Under the pieces are notes generated by a model that was given only the letters and a program-made list of their open reading frames with translations, was not told the DNA's origin and made no database searches. Both the position numbers and the translations under genes were made by a program. 64,000 nucleotides of DNA, taken from positions 5,704,001 to 5,768,000 of the forward strand of contig OX442314.1 of assembly GCA_949358305.1 (NCBI GenBank), given 5' to 3'. Positions 11,879 to 22,740 of the stretch are shown in pieces (the first letter of the stretch is position 1; each line of letters begins with the position of its first letter). This stretch comes from Strigamia acuminata. Lineage: Eukaryota.

Positions 11879-14800
11879 CAGCCGCGGAAATTAAAAAGAA
11901 GAAATATCACACTGGACCCGCAGGTCATGCCTTGGCAGAGGCACAGATCAAAGACCGCATACAGATCGTTCCGAAGAAGGAGGAAAAAGTGACGTTAACG
12001 AGTATGCAAGTGAGAACGAAACCGGAGGTCGACATGGATTGGACGGACCTTCCGTTCAATCTGGAGGTTGAGCCCCAGACATTACGCGTATTTCACTGCA
12101 ATGTCACGAAAGCACATTGCGAAACTCTGTGTATGCTGCCAGTGGAGATAGAAAACCAAAAATTGTTCGGTCTACTGGATTCAGGAGCGGATCGTTCATT
12201 CATATCCGAAGATATAGTAAAAGACTTGGATATTGGAAAGAAGGTGGCACAAGTGAACGCGAACGTAGAATTGCTCACCGCCAACGGCTACGTCAAGCCG
12301 AAGGGCGTAGTTCGCATCATGATCGACTGGACGGGGGGGAACCTGTCCCACCCCTTCATAGTCTTGCCATCCCACGACAAAGTATTCCTCCTAGGGATGG
12401 ACATCATGGCGAAACTGAAAATTCAGCCAAACCCGATAACCCGTTCATGGAACTGGATAAGTCCCGAGGGAGAACGGTCAGTCCCCGTAGTTCCCCAAAA
12501 ATTACTGGACGAAGCCAAGGACAAAGAGGAATACGGAAGAGGATTGCGAAAATTCGTCCAAGATTACGATTTCGCAGCCTTCACTCTGGAATTACAGAGG
12601 AGTAACGTCGTGGACACCCTGGTCGAGGAGGCAGCACTGCGTGTTAACGAGGCATCGCTACTAAGGCGAGTGCTTCGAAAGCATGAAAGAATTCTGACCA
12701 AGACACCTGGTCGAACGACGGAAGCAACACACGAAATAGTCTTGACCACAGACAAGCCGATTCGAGTGCCTTACAAGGGGATGAACCCCCAGAAAAGAGA
12801 CATCGTGACGCAAATGTGTCAAGACATGCTCGACAAGGGCATAGTAACGCAAGCCCTGGGCGAATACGCCATGCGGATCGTCCTGGTGATGCGTCCAGGC
12901 TCGGAACCTCGACTATGCATTGATTATCGCCCCCTGAACGCGATAACGGTTATAGACCCGATTCAGATGCCGTCTATAGACTCGATCCTCCGGGAACTGA
13001 GCCCGTTCAAGTGGGTAACCACCATGGACCTGTCAAAGGGGTATTGGCAAGTGGAGCTAAAACCCGAAGACAAACTGAAAACGGCTTTCTACTCCCCGAT
13101 AGGAAGACTAATGTTCAACGTGATGCCGTTCGGGCTTGTAAACGCCCCGAGCACGTTCCAGAAACTGATCGAAAGCGTGTTGGGAGATATGCTGCACGAC
13201 TTCGTGTGGGCGTATCTCGACGACATCATAATAACGTCGGACACATTCGAAGAACATATAGACCACATCGATAGAGTGGTCTCTCGCCTAGCCAAGGCAG
13301 GACTCCACATCCATCCAGGGAAGAGCAAGTTTTGCAGGAAAGAGCTTGCCTTCCTAGGATATCGAATAGGAGTCGAGGGAATCGCGATTGACCCCGAAAA
13401 AGTCAAAGCAATAAACGGATTCCCCGCCCCCGAAGATATAAAAGGTGTCCAGAGATTCATGGGCATGGTCAATTTCTTCGGCCGACTACTCTCTGGTCTG
13501 GCTGAAGTGGCCGCGCCTATAACGGATCTCTTACGAACGGATAAAGAGTTTGAGTGGACGGTCCAGTGCGAGGCCGCATTTAGCACTATCAAGCAAATGC
13601 TGGCTGACGTCGAAAAGATGCCATTGCCGGACCTAAACCGACCGTTCGTGTTGCACACCGACGCGAGTAAAATCGGACTGGGTGCAGCCCTTCTGCAGAC
13701 CCACGTGTACAACGGAATCTCGCAAGAAGTACCCTGTATGTTTATAAGCAGAAAAATACAGGGCGCGGAGAAAAATTATACGGCAACGGAACTAGAATGC
13801 CTAGCCGTAATTTGGGCAGTTCGGAAATTTCGCGACTATCTGGAGTACACGAACTTCGAGGTTCAGACAGATCACCAGGCACTAAGCTGGTTGATGAAGC
13901 TCAAGGAACCCTCCGGCCGACTCGCACGATGGCAACTGGAGTTAATGGCGTGCGATATAACAATTACGTACCGCCCCGGGAAGTACAATCATGTGGCCGA
14001 CGCCCTCTCGAGAGCCCCAGCCTCTGACCCCCAGGGACCAGACGACGACGGCGAGGACGACACCCACCTCTTGTACTGCCCGACTCCACGGAGAATATGG
14101 CGTTTGCGAAAGGCGAACGAGCTACCAGTGATGGAGCCTGAAGATAGAACGTTTTGTGGTTTTTGGACTCGAACATACCAGCCAGCTGGGACAAACAATT
14201 CAACATCCGAAATTCAATCTCCGCCCCCCGGAGAAACCCACAAAACACTACTACGCGCCTTCACAGCAAAAATTGAAGAAAAAACACAATACGCTCCACC
14301 CACGAGACGTGAGTTCGTCGAACACCAGGCAGCAGACACAAAATGTCAAATTATAACGCAATATTTGCTGAACGGCGAATTTCCGGAAGGGATGACAAAC
14401 CCACACCGCCGGAAACAGTTCGTCAAAGAAGCAACAAGCTACCTCATAGATGATGAACTCCTGGTAAAATACCACCCGACGTTTCAAGATGACCTCAGCG
14501 GAGCGGGAAACTCGGTTAAAGTGGTCGTGCCGGCATCGCTGCACACCCGACTGTTGTGGCTGATGCACGGACACCCGCTCGCCAGCCATTCTGGCGTGGC
14601 GAGGACCCTTTATCGAGTAAAACAACTTTTCTTCTGGCCGGGCGCGCGGCAAAAGATAACGAAATTTATCCGACACTGCCCCCGGTGCCAAGCATGCAGA
14701 CCGCGAGATAAAGTAGCCAGAAACGCCATGTCTCTCGGACCCTACGCACCGTTTGACTGCTTAAGCATAGACTTGATGGGCCCCAAGCCCACAACGGGAA

Positions 14801-15963
14801 ACAAGAACATGTATATTCTCGTAATTATGGACGTGGCCACCCGATGGCCGGAGCTGTACGCCCTCGCGAAGCCCTCGGCTGAAAACATAGTCGAGTGCCT
14901 TTACGACGTGGCAATGCGATTTGGGTTTCCCAGAAAACTCATTTCGGATAACGGCCCCCAATTCCGATCAAGAATATATAAGGACTTCTGTAGGAAATTT
15001 AAAATGGATGCATCGAACACCTCCACATATAATCCTCAGACAAACCCAGTCGAGAGATTAAATAAAGATATAAAATATGCGCTGACAGTATTCACCGACA
15101 TTCACAATCGATGGGACGAATACCTGCGAGAAATCGCTTTCAGCATTCGCTCAACCGTGTCACGAACACGCGAATTCTCACCGGCGTACCTCAACTTCGC
15201 CCGCGAATTAAGGATGCCATGGGACCCACGCGTTGCCGAAGCTGTTAACGTATTAGACCCGTCGAGCCCACATGAGTACGTGTGCCGGTTGGAACAGACT
15301 ATATCCGACACGTACCAGCATATGATGGCGCATATTTTCAACATGAGAGAGAGAATCGCAGATAAAGAAGGCGATCTCGCTTTCGCGAACTTTAAAGTGA
15401 ATGATCTAGTGTGGAAGGAGGCACACACGTTGTCCAATGCAGCGAGGGGCATCGCCGCCGGTTTAGCCGACAAGAGGGACGGTCCCTACGTAATTGTGGC
15501 CGAACACGGAGGCAACGCATACCAACTACGCCGCCTAGAGGACAACAAAAATTTTCAGTCGATACATGGCCGAGATTTAAGGCCATATCTGCCAGAATTT
15601 CCACAGGAAATTTGGCTGGAAGGTCAGACACACAGCGGCCAAGGGGGCACCGTGGTCGACACGTTCCAAAAAACAAATGAAGCTGAAAATATAGCGGAGA
15701 ACGAGGATGAATTCTTCGACGCCAAATCCCCAGCCGACGAGGCTCCAGCTCAGCCGGAGCAAGCAATTTCGGAGAGGGAGGAAGCAGAAGAATGTACTTC
15801 TGAAATGGAAAATAAAAAAATTAATAATGAGAAAAATGCCAACACATCGGAGATGAACGAGCAAGTAGAGTCACGATCTACGAGCACGTCGAAAATCAAC
15901 CTTCGACCACGACGAAGCAATAATCCGTTCATTCGGGACGGCAAAGTCGTGGGGAAGAACTAA
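11833..15963 (+). CDS. pol: Element A Pol (protease, RT, RNase H, integrase), expressed by frameshift
   Basis: LLDSGAD; YLDD; HTDAS/ELECLA/TDH; HHCC; SIDLMG..SDNG..VERLN; GPY motif; Gypsy domain order. Confidence 0.97.
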   Translation, partial: LPSAGVAEINSASSAPAAEIKKKKYHTGPAGHALAEAQIKDRIQIVPKKEEKVTLTSMQVRTKPEVDMDWTDLPFNLEVEPQTLRVFHCNVTKAHCETLCMLPVEIENQKLFGLLDSGADRSFISEDIVKDLDIGKKVAQVNANVELLTANGYVKPKGVVRIMIDWTGGNLSHPFIVLPSHDKVFLLGMDIMAKLKIQPNPITRSWNWISPEGERSVPVVPQKLLDEAKDKEEYGRGLRKFVQDYDFAAFTLELQRSNVVDTLVEEAALRVNEASLLRRVLRKHERILTKTPGRTTEATHEIVLTTDKPIRVPYKGMNPQKRDIVTQMCQDMLDKGIVTQALGEYAMRIVLVMRPGSEPRLCIDYRPLNAITVIDPIQMPSIDSILRELSPFKWVTTMDLSKGYWQVELKPEDKLKTAFYSPIGRLMFNVMPFGLVNAPSTFQKLIESVLGDMLHDFVWAYLDDIIITSDTFEEHIDHIDRVVSRLAKAGLHIHPGKSKFCRKELAFLGYRIGVEGIAIDPEKVKAINGFPAPEDIKGVQRFMGMVNFFGRLLSGLAEVAAPITDLLRTDKEFEWTVQCEAAFSTIKQMLADVEKMPLPDLNRPFVLHTDASKIGLGAALLQTHVYNGISQEVPCMFISRKIQGAEKNYTATELECLAVIWAVRKFRDYLEYTNFEVQTDHQALSWLMKLKEPSGRLARWQLELMACDITITYRPGKYNHVADALSRAPASDPQGPDDDGEDDTHLLYCPTPRRIWRLRKANELPVMEPEDRTFCGFWTRTYQPAGTNNSTSEIQSPPPGETHKTLLRAFTAKIEEKTQYAPPTRREFVEHQAADTKCQIITQYLLNGEFPEGMTNPHRRKQFVKEATSYLIDDELLVKYHPTFQDDLSGAGNSVKVVVPASLHTRLLWLMHGHPLASHSGVARTLYRVKQLFFWPGARQKITKFIRHCPRCQACRPRDKVARNAMSLGPYAPFDCLSIDLMGPKPTTGNKNMYILVIMDVATRWPELYALAKPSAENIVECLYDVAMRFGFPRKLISDNGPQFRSRIYKDFCRKFKMDASNTSTYNPQTNPVERLNKDIKYALTVFTDIHNRWDEYLREIAFSIRSTVSRTREFSPAYLNFARELRMPWDPRVAEAVNVLDPSSPHEYVCRLEQTISDTYQHMMAHIFNMRERIADKEGDLAFANFKVNDLVWKEAHTLSNAARGIAAGLADKRDGPYVIVAEHGGNAYQLRRLEDNKNFQSIHGRDLRPYLPEFPQEIWLEGQTHSGQGGTVVDTFQKTNEAENIAENEDEFFDAKSPADEAPAQPEQAISEREEAEECTSEMENKKINNEKNANTSEMNEQVESRSTSTSKINLRPRRSNNPFIRDGKVVGKN

Positions 15964-16342
15964 AAATAAAAGAAAATGTGATAACATGGAGCGGAGGCCT
16001 TGTAAAATAAAAGATTTACTTACGAGAGCTGCTGCACATGTTGAAACGCGAAAATTTGGCTAAGTCCAAACTTCGCAACGAATTGTCGCAGTCACCACTA
16101 ACAGACGAGAAGTTATGACGTATCGGGCGACCACGTGACAATGAAACCACGCGGTCGACCCCGTAGCGTCATTGCCAGCACGGCGGATCTCGCAAAATAC
16201 GAGACGCGTTCGAGACCCACAATTCTCAGCGTCGATAGGCCCAGTTTCCGACTGTTTTTAACACGACGAGACGTGTTTTTGCTTCTCCCCCAAAGAGAAA
16301 GACAAAGACCTCTCAAACAAAACTTCATTTTCCTAAATTGAA

Positions 16343-16459
16343 ATGGCCGATCGACGCAACCCACGATTAGAGCCGAGCGCATCGTCGAGAGACGAGAGCG
16401 ACGGCCTAATCGTAAATGCAGAAGACGATGAGAATTGGGACGAACAACCGCCGTTGCAG
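16343..16459 (+). CDS. Element A ORF3, predicted exon 1 (39 aa, ...DDENWDEQPPLQ)
   Basis: ATG at 16343; donor CAG|GTAAAT in phase 0; DENWD motif shared with exon 1 of element B. Confidence 0.7.
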
Positions 16460-17019
16460 GTAAATTAGTGTGATTTCCCCAGAGAAATCACATAATTCTT
16501 TGAATCTGTTGCATCCAACCCAGATTGGAGCGTGACTTGTGACTGATATATTTCTTTCTGTTTTATTATTGATTTAAGGCTGGCTAAAAACCCGAGAGTG
16601 GACCCAGATTCACCTCGGAGTCAAGGCCGCCAAAAAACTAGAACAAAGGAAGTGTTCGCGGAATGGCGTCGTGGCAAACCAAAACCAAAACTAAAGGTTT
16701 TCTTTCTTTTAAAATTAAACATCGTAATAAATTAAAATACGATTAGAGTTAAAATAAAAAGTTTAACGTAATATTAAGAATTTAACGATCGGTTTTGCCT
16801 GCGACCCCTTCCTAAAAAGCGGATCACCTGAGTTCAAAGGTAGTGTTGGATCAGCGCTACGACGGCGGAGATCATCGCAGAACTGCGAAACAAGAAAATA
16901 AGACCGACGGCCGCAACAAAAGAAAGGAGTTGCTGCCACCGTCGATCTTGAGCATATTTCTGATCCCCATCGTTAAACTGGGATTTATTATATTAATCTT
17001 GTGATCTAAAATTATTCAG

Positions 17020-19806
17020 GTCGACCCGCTAGAATCGTGGGACGCCCTGCCTTCGACGGTGTCAACCGCCAACAACATCTTTCGCGGAGCCCTGCCGATT
17101 TACCTGCGGCAGGCCTATCCTGCAGAGACCAGCGCCTGGAAAATCCGATTGATGTACTCCAGGACCCTCGAGGAAAAATTCGAGCGATCGAAAACGCTGG
17201 TCGAGTGCATGACGAAGGAGATGAGGGAGCGAGTGGGGCCGCGGATCCCACCCGATGCGGATCCGCCGAGCCCCGTTTACTCCGGGTACCTGGAAGAGGC
17301 TTACCCAGGCACGGTGGCCGAGCTGCACACCTCCCACAGGTGGAGCGAGGCCCCGACCTTGGCAGCCCGCCAGAAAATAGTGGACGACGAGATCGAACGC
17401 TTAAAGCGCACCGAGACTCACGGAGTAACCCGAGTTCTCGAGAGAAACGGTTTCTCCCCCGAAGAAATCCGTAGATGGCTTCGCGACATCGAAGAAGACC
17501 ATTTGACACCCAGATGGATACCACCGGCGAATTTTACGGCCACGCAGTCTGAGATGTGGCAGTTATACCACGCTGGTATCCTGGGAAGTCGCCGCCATCA
17601 CAGAAGATCGAAGCGTCCGGCGGAGTCCGCCCCACGCGGACCCGCACGAAGAAGACAGGCCGTCTCCCCAACAGAGGCCGGCCCGTCAACGAGTCGCGAC
17701 TACCGCAGCCGCTCGAGCAGCTCCAGTTCCCGAACTCGAGTTGTCGTGCGCTCGGAGTGTCGCCGAGTAGTAACGCTCGAGCCTGCCTCGCCAGACGACA
17801 CGCGGGCTGAGCGAACGGTCGAATCTTCCGCCCACTGGGCTGCGAGGACCGAGACACACCAAGATCGAGGAAAGAAAAGATCCTCGTTGTTTATGGCGAT
17901 TACCACACAGTCGTCAGATCAATCCTCGTCGCGACGAACCGTCTCAACACACCAGAGACCTGATTCCCCGACGGACGTCCCCCAGAGGACGGTCCAACGA
18001 AGATCCGTCGCAGCCAACACCAGGAGGAATCGGAAGCGTAAAGTACGACAGAAGACGCGTGCGCGGTCTCTGATCGCGAAAGGATTGGAGAAAGAGCGAG
18101 AGATGGCCGCCGCAAAAAGGTCCGAACCCCGAAGTCTCGGATCCGCGGCTGGGCCGTCCAGGCTCCAGGCAGAGATTGATTTGGGAGAATTGACGGAAGA
18201 ACAAATATCCCAAGAAGAGTCGGACAAGGATGGACCGGTCACGAAACAAGATCTGGCCATGGCATTGAAGAACGCCTTCCGAGGATACGCGGCCAACCGG
18301 CCGTCGGGCTCAACACCGGCTGTGCCCACCGCGCTTGTGCCCCCACAGGTGCAATCGCGATGGCCGCCACTCCTCGAGGGTACAAACCCAGCAGTGACCA
18401 CGTGGACCCCTCCCCGGATGATTCCGGTGGGAGATCCAACTCCCAAACGGGTCAGATACGACGACCTACCAGGGATGGGCCGTCCACCGTCACCCCCGAC
18501 GCCACGAGTGTACCATCCTCATCGCAACGCCGAGTGGTACGCGCAGCGGGAGATGGACGCCAGATGCCGGCGTGAAGCGGCCTATCCCCCACTCAGCGAG
18601 TTACAAGAATATCTGGCCGAATACGAGAACCCCGCGATTGCCGAGTTGGCCATACGACAGGCCGACGCCGCCCAAACTCACCACATCAACTGGGCGATCG
18701 AACAGATGCGGACGTTGTCACAACAATTCAGTGACAATCCGGACCGCGCTCACCCCTGCCATCGGAGCAGTTTGAATTTGGCTGTGACGAACGTACTGGC
18801 CCAGCTGCTATCCCTGGGCGTCTTCTTGGACAGTCGGCAAGCTATGGCGGCCTGGACAATCGTCGACCGTGAGGGAGTTCACCTTCCTCGGGCGTTGTAC
18901 CAGGTATGGGCCGGATGGACTCCTGAGCCCGCCTCGCTGCGCTTCGACCTGGCCAGAAATACGGAAAACCCAGGCCTACAGTTTTCAAAGATGCGTTCGT
19001 TAGCATTCCGCTACCGGAACCCCGGAGTCCACCCTTCCTTGTTGCGAACAATTCGGGAGGTTCCGGAGATACCGGGAACGGCGGCGAGCCTTCCACAGGC
19101 CATCGAGACCGCCCCCCCAGAGGCGGCGGTCCAACCATACATACCGACCCCAAAGCCGGTATTCCCGAAGGAGAAGCGACACGCGAATCGACCCATATTG
19201 ATTCCGAAGCGTTCCAAGCGAGGACCCCGAACTCCTCCGCTGCCCTCTCCTTCACCACCAGCGGCAGGGCTGGCCGCTCTCTCTGCAGAGCCGGCTACGC
19301 CACCGTTGGAGAGCCCAATGGAGATTCCGCTCCCACCATCGCCTCCGCCGCCCCCAGCAGCGCAGCTTTATTTGAGGCTGGGAGTGGAATACCCCTTCCT
19401 TCAGATGTCGGAGTTCACGCGACAACGCATCATTGACTCCGACGATCACGGCGAATCAATCCTCAAATGGCTAAACAGAGAAGCCCGATCCACCATGGAC
19501 GCCGTCTTCCATCGCCGTATCCTACGGGCCCACAGGAAACCCGGATCGAGCGCCGAGTCGCGAAGGATCCGACTCGTCCCCGATCGATTCCCCGCGTCTA
19601 CCCGGATTTGGATCCATGAGCGTACGGGGTTGGTTGGCGAGCCAGCCGGCAGTCACCCGCAGTACTTCATCAACGAGCGACAAAATCCTGCGGATCTGAC
19701 AACCTCTCTGCCCCCGGATTTACCACCGCCGCCACCGGCAGTGCCACCCGTGATCCTCCGCCCATGCAGAGGAGTGCTGCCGGCTCTTCGCAGAGGAGAG
19801 CGATGA
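17020..19806 (+). CDS. Element A ORF3, main exon; uncharacterised non-Env protein (~967 aa spliced)
   Basis: Acceptor TTATTCAG|GTC at 17019; long open frame with no nearby ATG (track start is GTG); homologous to element B ORF3. Confidence 0.8.
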   Translation, partial: VDPLESWDALPSTVSTANNIFRGALPIYLRQAYPAETSAWKIRLMYSRTLEEKFERSKTLVECMTKEMRERVGPRIPPDADPPSPVYSGYLEEAYPGTVAELHTSHRWSEAPTLAARQKIVDDEIERLKRTETHGVTRVLERNGFSPEEIRRWLRDIEEDHLTPRWIPPANFTATQSEMWQLYHAGILGSRRHHRRSKRPAESAPRGPARRRQAVSPTEAGPSTSRDYRSRSSSSSSRTRVVVRSECRRVVTLEPASPDDTRAERTVESSAHWAARTETHQDRGKKRSSLFMAITTQSSDQSSSRRTVSTHQRPDSPTDVPQRTVQRRSVAANTRRNRKRKVRQKTRARSLIAKGLEKEREMAAAKRSEPRSLGSAAGPSRLQAEIDLGELTEEQISQEESDKDGPVTKQDLAMALKNAFRGYAANRPSGSTPAVPTALVPPQVQSRWPPLLEGTNPAVTTWTPPRMIPVGDPTPKRVRYDDLPGMGRPPSPPTPRVYHPHRNAEWYAQREMDARCRREAAYPPLSELQEYLAEYENPAIAELAIRQADAAQTHHINWAIEQMRTLSQQFSDNPDRAHPCHRSSLNLAVTNVLAQLLSLGVFLDSRQAMAAWTIVDREGVHLPRALYQVWAGWTPEPASLRFDLARNTENPGLQFSKMRSLAFRYRNPGVHPSLLRTIREVPEIPGTAASLPQAIETAPPEAAVQPYIPTPKPVFPKEKRHANRPILIPKRSKRGPRTPPLPSPSPPAAGLAALSAEPATPPLESPMEIPLPPSPPPPPAAQLYLRLGVEYPFLQMSEFTRQRIIDSDDHGESILKWLNREARSTMDAVFHRRILRAHRKPGSSAESRRIRLVPDRFPASTRIWIHERTGLVGEPAGSHPQYFINERQNPADLTTSLPPDLPPPPPAVPPVILRPCRGVLPALRRGER

Positions 19807-19841
19807 GAAAATTGAGATCGCTCCGATCCGAGATCGAAGCT

Positions 19842-19851
19842 GGAGGAGGGA
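19842..19851 (+). promoter_or_regulatory. Element A polypurine tract
   Basis: GGAGGAGGGA just before the 3' LTR. Confidence 0.85.
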
Positions 19852-19853
19852 CG

Positions 19854-20673
19854 TGTGGTGACCCAGTTGGATAAGTGTCCCCCCAGGGCGGATACTTGTC
19901 CTATGAGTCACTATGATTAAAGAGTCGTTCCCCCCCGAGTTGGCTCCACCTCCCCATGGCAGGTGTGTGCCCCGAGGGGGAGGAAGCGGCTGGTGGTCAG
20001 CCCCCATTGGTTGATCGCCGGCCCTTCACCCCACTGCATAAAAGGCTGTGTTTCCCGCCTAAAGACAGAACTTACACAAACGACACCAAGAACACAGCAA
20101 CTACCTCACCGTCAGGCCAACTTCAACTACAAGTTAGGATTGATCGAGGATCGCTGAGTAAAGTGCAAACTGTAACTCTCACGAAGTCACTTGCGAGCTA
20201 TTCCTGCGAAAGCACGAGAATAGCCCTTGTGAAATCACCCAGAATAATCGCCCAGACGATTATTCGCCGAAGTAAGTGTCCGAGTGCTTTGTAGGGAACC
20301 CCAAAGTTCCTAGACGAGGCCTCTGCGACGCTAAACAAACCCTAGACAACAGGCACGGATAGAAGACTCGAAAGAGCATTCCACCGCGTCCGTGAAGACG
20401 AATCCGTGACGAATTAACGACAACTCGAGACGCCGCCTTTGTTCCGCCGACCACGCGGAATCGACGACGCCATCTTGAGAAATCCTTTGTTCGACGCTGA
20501 CCACGTCGACTCTAGAATTATTACTGAGTGTATTTTAAAGGCATAAAGCCTGGTGAATAAATTACCTGTTTATTTACATACATTTGGTATTCATTTGGGT
20601 ATTTACATAATTGATCACAGGTAAAGTATTACACGTTAGCGCTATTTAAACCTATACCAAGTAGGACGCGACA
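19854..20673 (+). repeat. Element A 3' LTR
   Basis: Direct repeat of 7806-8625 at offset 12048. Confidence 0.97.
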
Positions 20674-21070
20674 ATACTTGTAAGTAAAAGAGAGGAAACA
20701 CAAAAGAAAGGAAATAATATATTTTGGAAATACATTCCACATGATAGTTTTAGGTTACAAAGCTGAGTAGACTAACATTTCAAACCTTTTTTTCTCAAAA
20801 CCTTTCCGTAAGAAATAATTTTTTTAAGAACAGTTCTAGATTAATTAGATGGTTCTCTACAACTTTGTAATTGAAAATTTTGCTCTAACATGATTGGTTT
20901 AGAAGTTAGCAAGTGAATAACCTTGAAAATGACCTTTGAGGTCAAATTTGAGGATCCCATCAGATTCGCAATGAAAGATTTCCCCTATGAGTATTTCTTC
21001 AGTTTTCTGGTATCTCAAGTATTTTGGAAATTATTTGGGGTGGTTCAGACTTTTGGGACACCCGTGTATA

Positions 21071-21835
21071 CAGGGTGTCCCAAATGAACGAAGCCAGTCA
21101 AATATTTCCTGAGCAATTGCATCTAGGCCAACTTTGATGAAGCGATCATATAGAAAGTTGGGTGAGAGCAATCCAATGATGTCATCAAATTTGACCTTGA
21201 AGGCGATTTTCAAGGTCATTCACTTGCTAACTTCTAAACCAATCAGGTTAGAGCAAAAAAGTCAATTACAAAGTTGTAGAGCACCATCAAATTAGTACTA
21301 TCCAACTTATCTTAGTTATCTTAAGTTAAATGTTTTCTTTTTAAAAAGGAGACAAATCAGCTGAAATAAAGCCAGCCATTATGACAAAACTTAAATTTCT
21401 ATTACAAAAATATTGAATTACTTAAATAAACGTATTCAAATTTGCATCATTATGCAAGTAAACAAGAAAAACCACTGCCTTTTTTTTAATGCTCAATAAT
21501 TATTTTATCACAAGAATAAAAAATTTCACTTTGCTGATTTTTTTTCTGATTTGTCTCCTTTTTAAAAAGAAAACATTTAACTTAGGATGACTAAGATAAG
21601 TTGGATAGTACTAATTTGATGGCGCTCTACAACTTTGTAATTGACTTTTTTGCTCTAACCTGATTGGTTTAGAAGTTAGCAAGTGAATGACCTTGAAAAT
21701 CGCCTGCAAGGTCAAATTTGATGACATCATTGGATTGCTCTCACCCAACTTCCTGTATGATCGCTTTATCAAAGTTGGCCTAGATGCAATAGCTCAAGAA
21801 ATATTTGACTGGCTTCGTTCATTTGGGACACCCTG
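21071..21835. mobile_element. Tc1/mariner-type foldback MITE (765 bp, ~290-bp arms)
   Basis: CAGGGTGTCCCAAATGAACGAAGCC ... GGCTTCGTTCATTTGGGACACCCTG; TA flanks; shares an internal segment with the 7423 MITE. Confidence 0.9.
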
Positions 21836-22470
21836 TATATAATGCCGGACTTTAGATTTCCAAGATGCGTGATTGGCTAAAACTTGTGCTACGCCTATTT
21901 CACAGTATACTGTAGCCCATTCGGAGTGTGTAGGGGTTTTGAAGTATCCTATTGTTTTCTACGAGTTGTTAGGTTATATTGGACCTTAAAAGGTCGTTTT
22001 CCTGTGATAAAGGATTGATAGCTACTTTACTTAGATCTATTCATGGATGTTTCAAAGTGTTTCCATGGAAGCTTTGGATGTACGTATTGTTTAAAATTAT
22101 CTTTTTCTGATTATGTTAGTTAATGTGTTTATTTTCTCGTTTCGATGCCGTTATATTGTTTCAGGCATGATTTGTGATTATTCTTGCTGTTTTAAAGATG
22201 TTAGATTTTACTAATAAAAAACACTAAGAAATAATAAAATGCACTAAAAACACTAAAATAACAACAAAAACACCAAAAATAAAAATTTTAAATCACATTT
22301 CTGTAATTATAGAACCGACATAAAAAGAAACGCCAGACTTAGGTACTTACATTTTTTTATTTTGCATATTTTTATACTGTTTGTTGCATAAAATAAAAAT
22401 TTTGGTGCATAGTTAATGTGCATAAAAACAAATTGTGTGTTTGCATAAATACCTGCTTTAGTAATGCTTA

Positions 22471-22740
22471 CCGTATTTTACCGATTAAGAATTGCCCTCG
22501 AATTGTAGCCGCCCTCGAATAGTAGCCGCAGCTGAGACACTAAGAATACCGTATTTTTGCAAAAGTACGATATTGTTTCTGTATTTAACCTCATAAACGA
22601 TGAACGTACGCTTCGTTCGTGACGTTCAGACTTTGTTTGTTACATTAAACAAATGTAACAAATGAAAAACCGAAATTGTAATTGCTGACAAAAATGGCAG
22701 TTTTGAATAAGAGCCGCGGCTATTAATCGGTAAAATACGG
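22471..22740. mobile_element. pogo/Tigger-type MITE
   Basis: TIRs CCGTATTTTACCGATTAA/TTAATCGGTAAAATACGG; TA TSD. Confidence 0.85.

Larger units (their letters stand above)
7806..20673 (+). mobile_element. Element A: intact Ty3/Gypsy LTR retrotransposon (12.9 kb)
   Basis: 820-bp TG...CA LTRs; 4-bp TSD ATAC (7802-7805, 20674-20677); PBS, PPT, gag, PR-RT-RH-IN pol, third ORF. Confidence 0.97.
7423..21066. mobile_element. Tc1/mariner-type foldback MITE (~300-bp arms at 7423-~7735 and ~20753-21066), interrupted centrally by element A
   Basis: CAGGGTGTCCCAAAAGTCTGAACC terminus mirrored at 21042-21066; TA flanks; arms are near-perfect reverse complements. Confidence 0.85.

Noticed and set aside
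13089..13712. Antisense ORFs over pol/ORF3 (also 40993-41388, 42817-43449, 46672-47331)
   Set aside because: Shadow frames of conserved, GC-richer coding sequence; similarity between A and B is explained by the sense protein
16579..16696. Possible cassette exon within the A ORF3 intron (similar AAG acceptor in B ~44329)
   Set aside because: Phase-0 joining gives an early stop in both and the peptides are unrelated; unsupported without RNA data
17059..19806. Calling ORF3 an env gene
   Set aside because: Supported by position only; no signal peptide, fusion peptide or TM anchor seen
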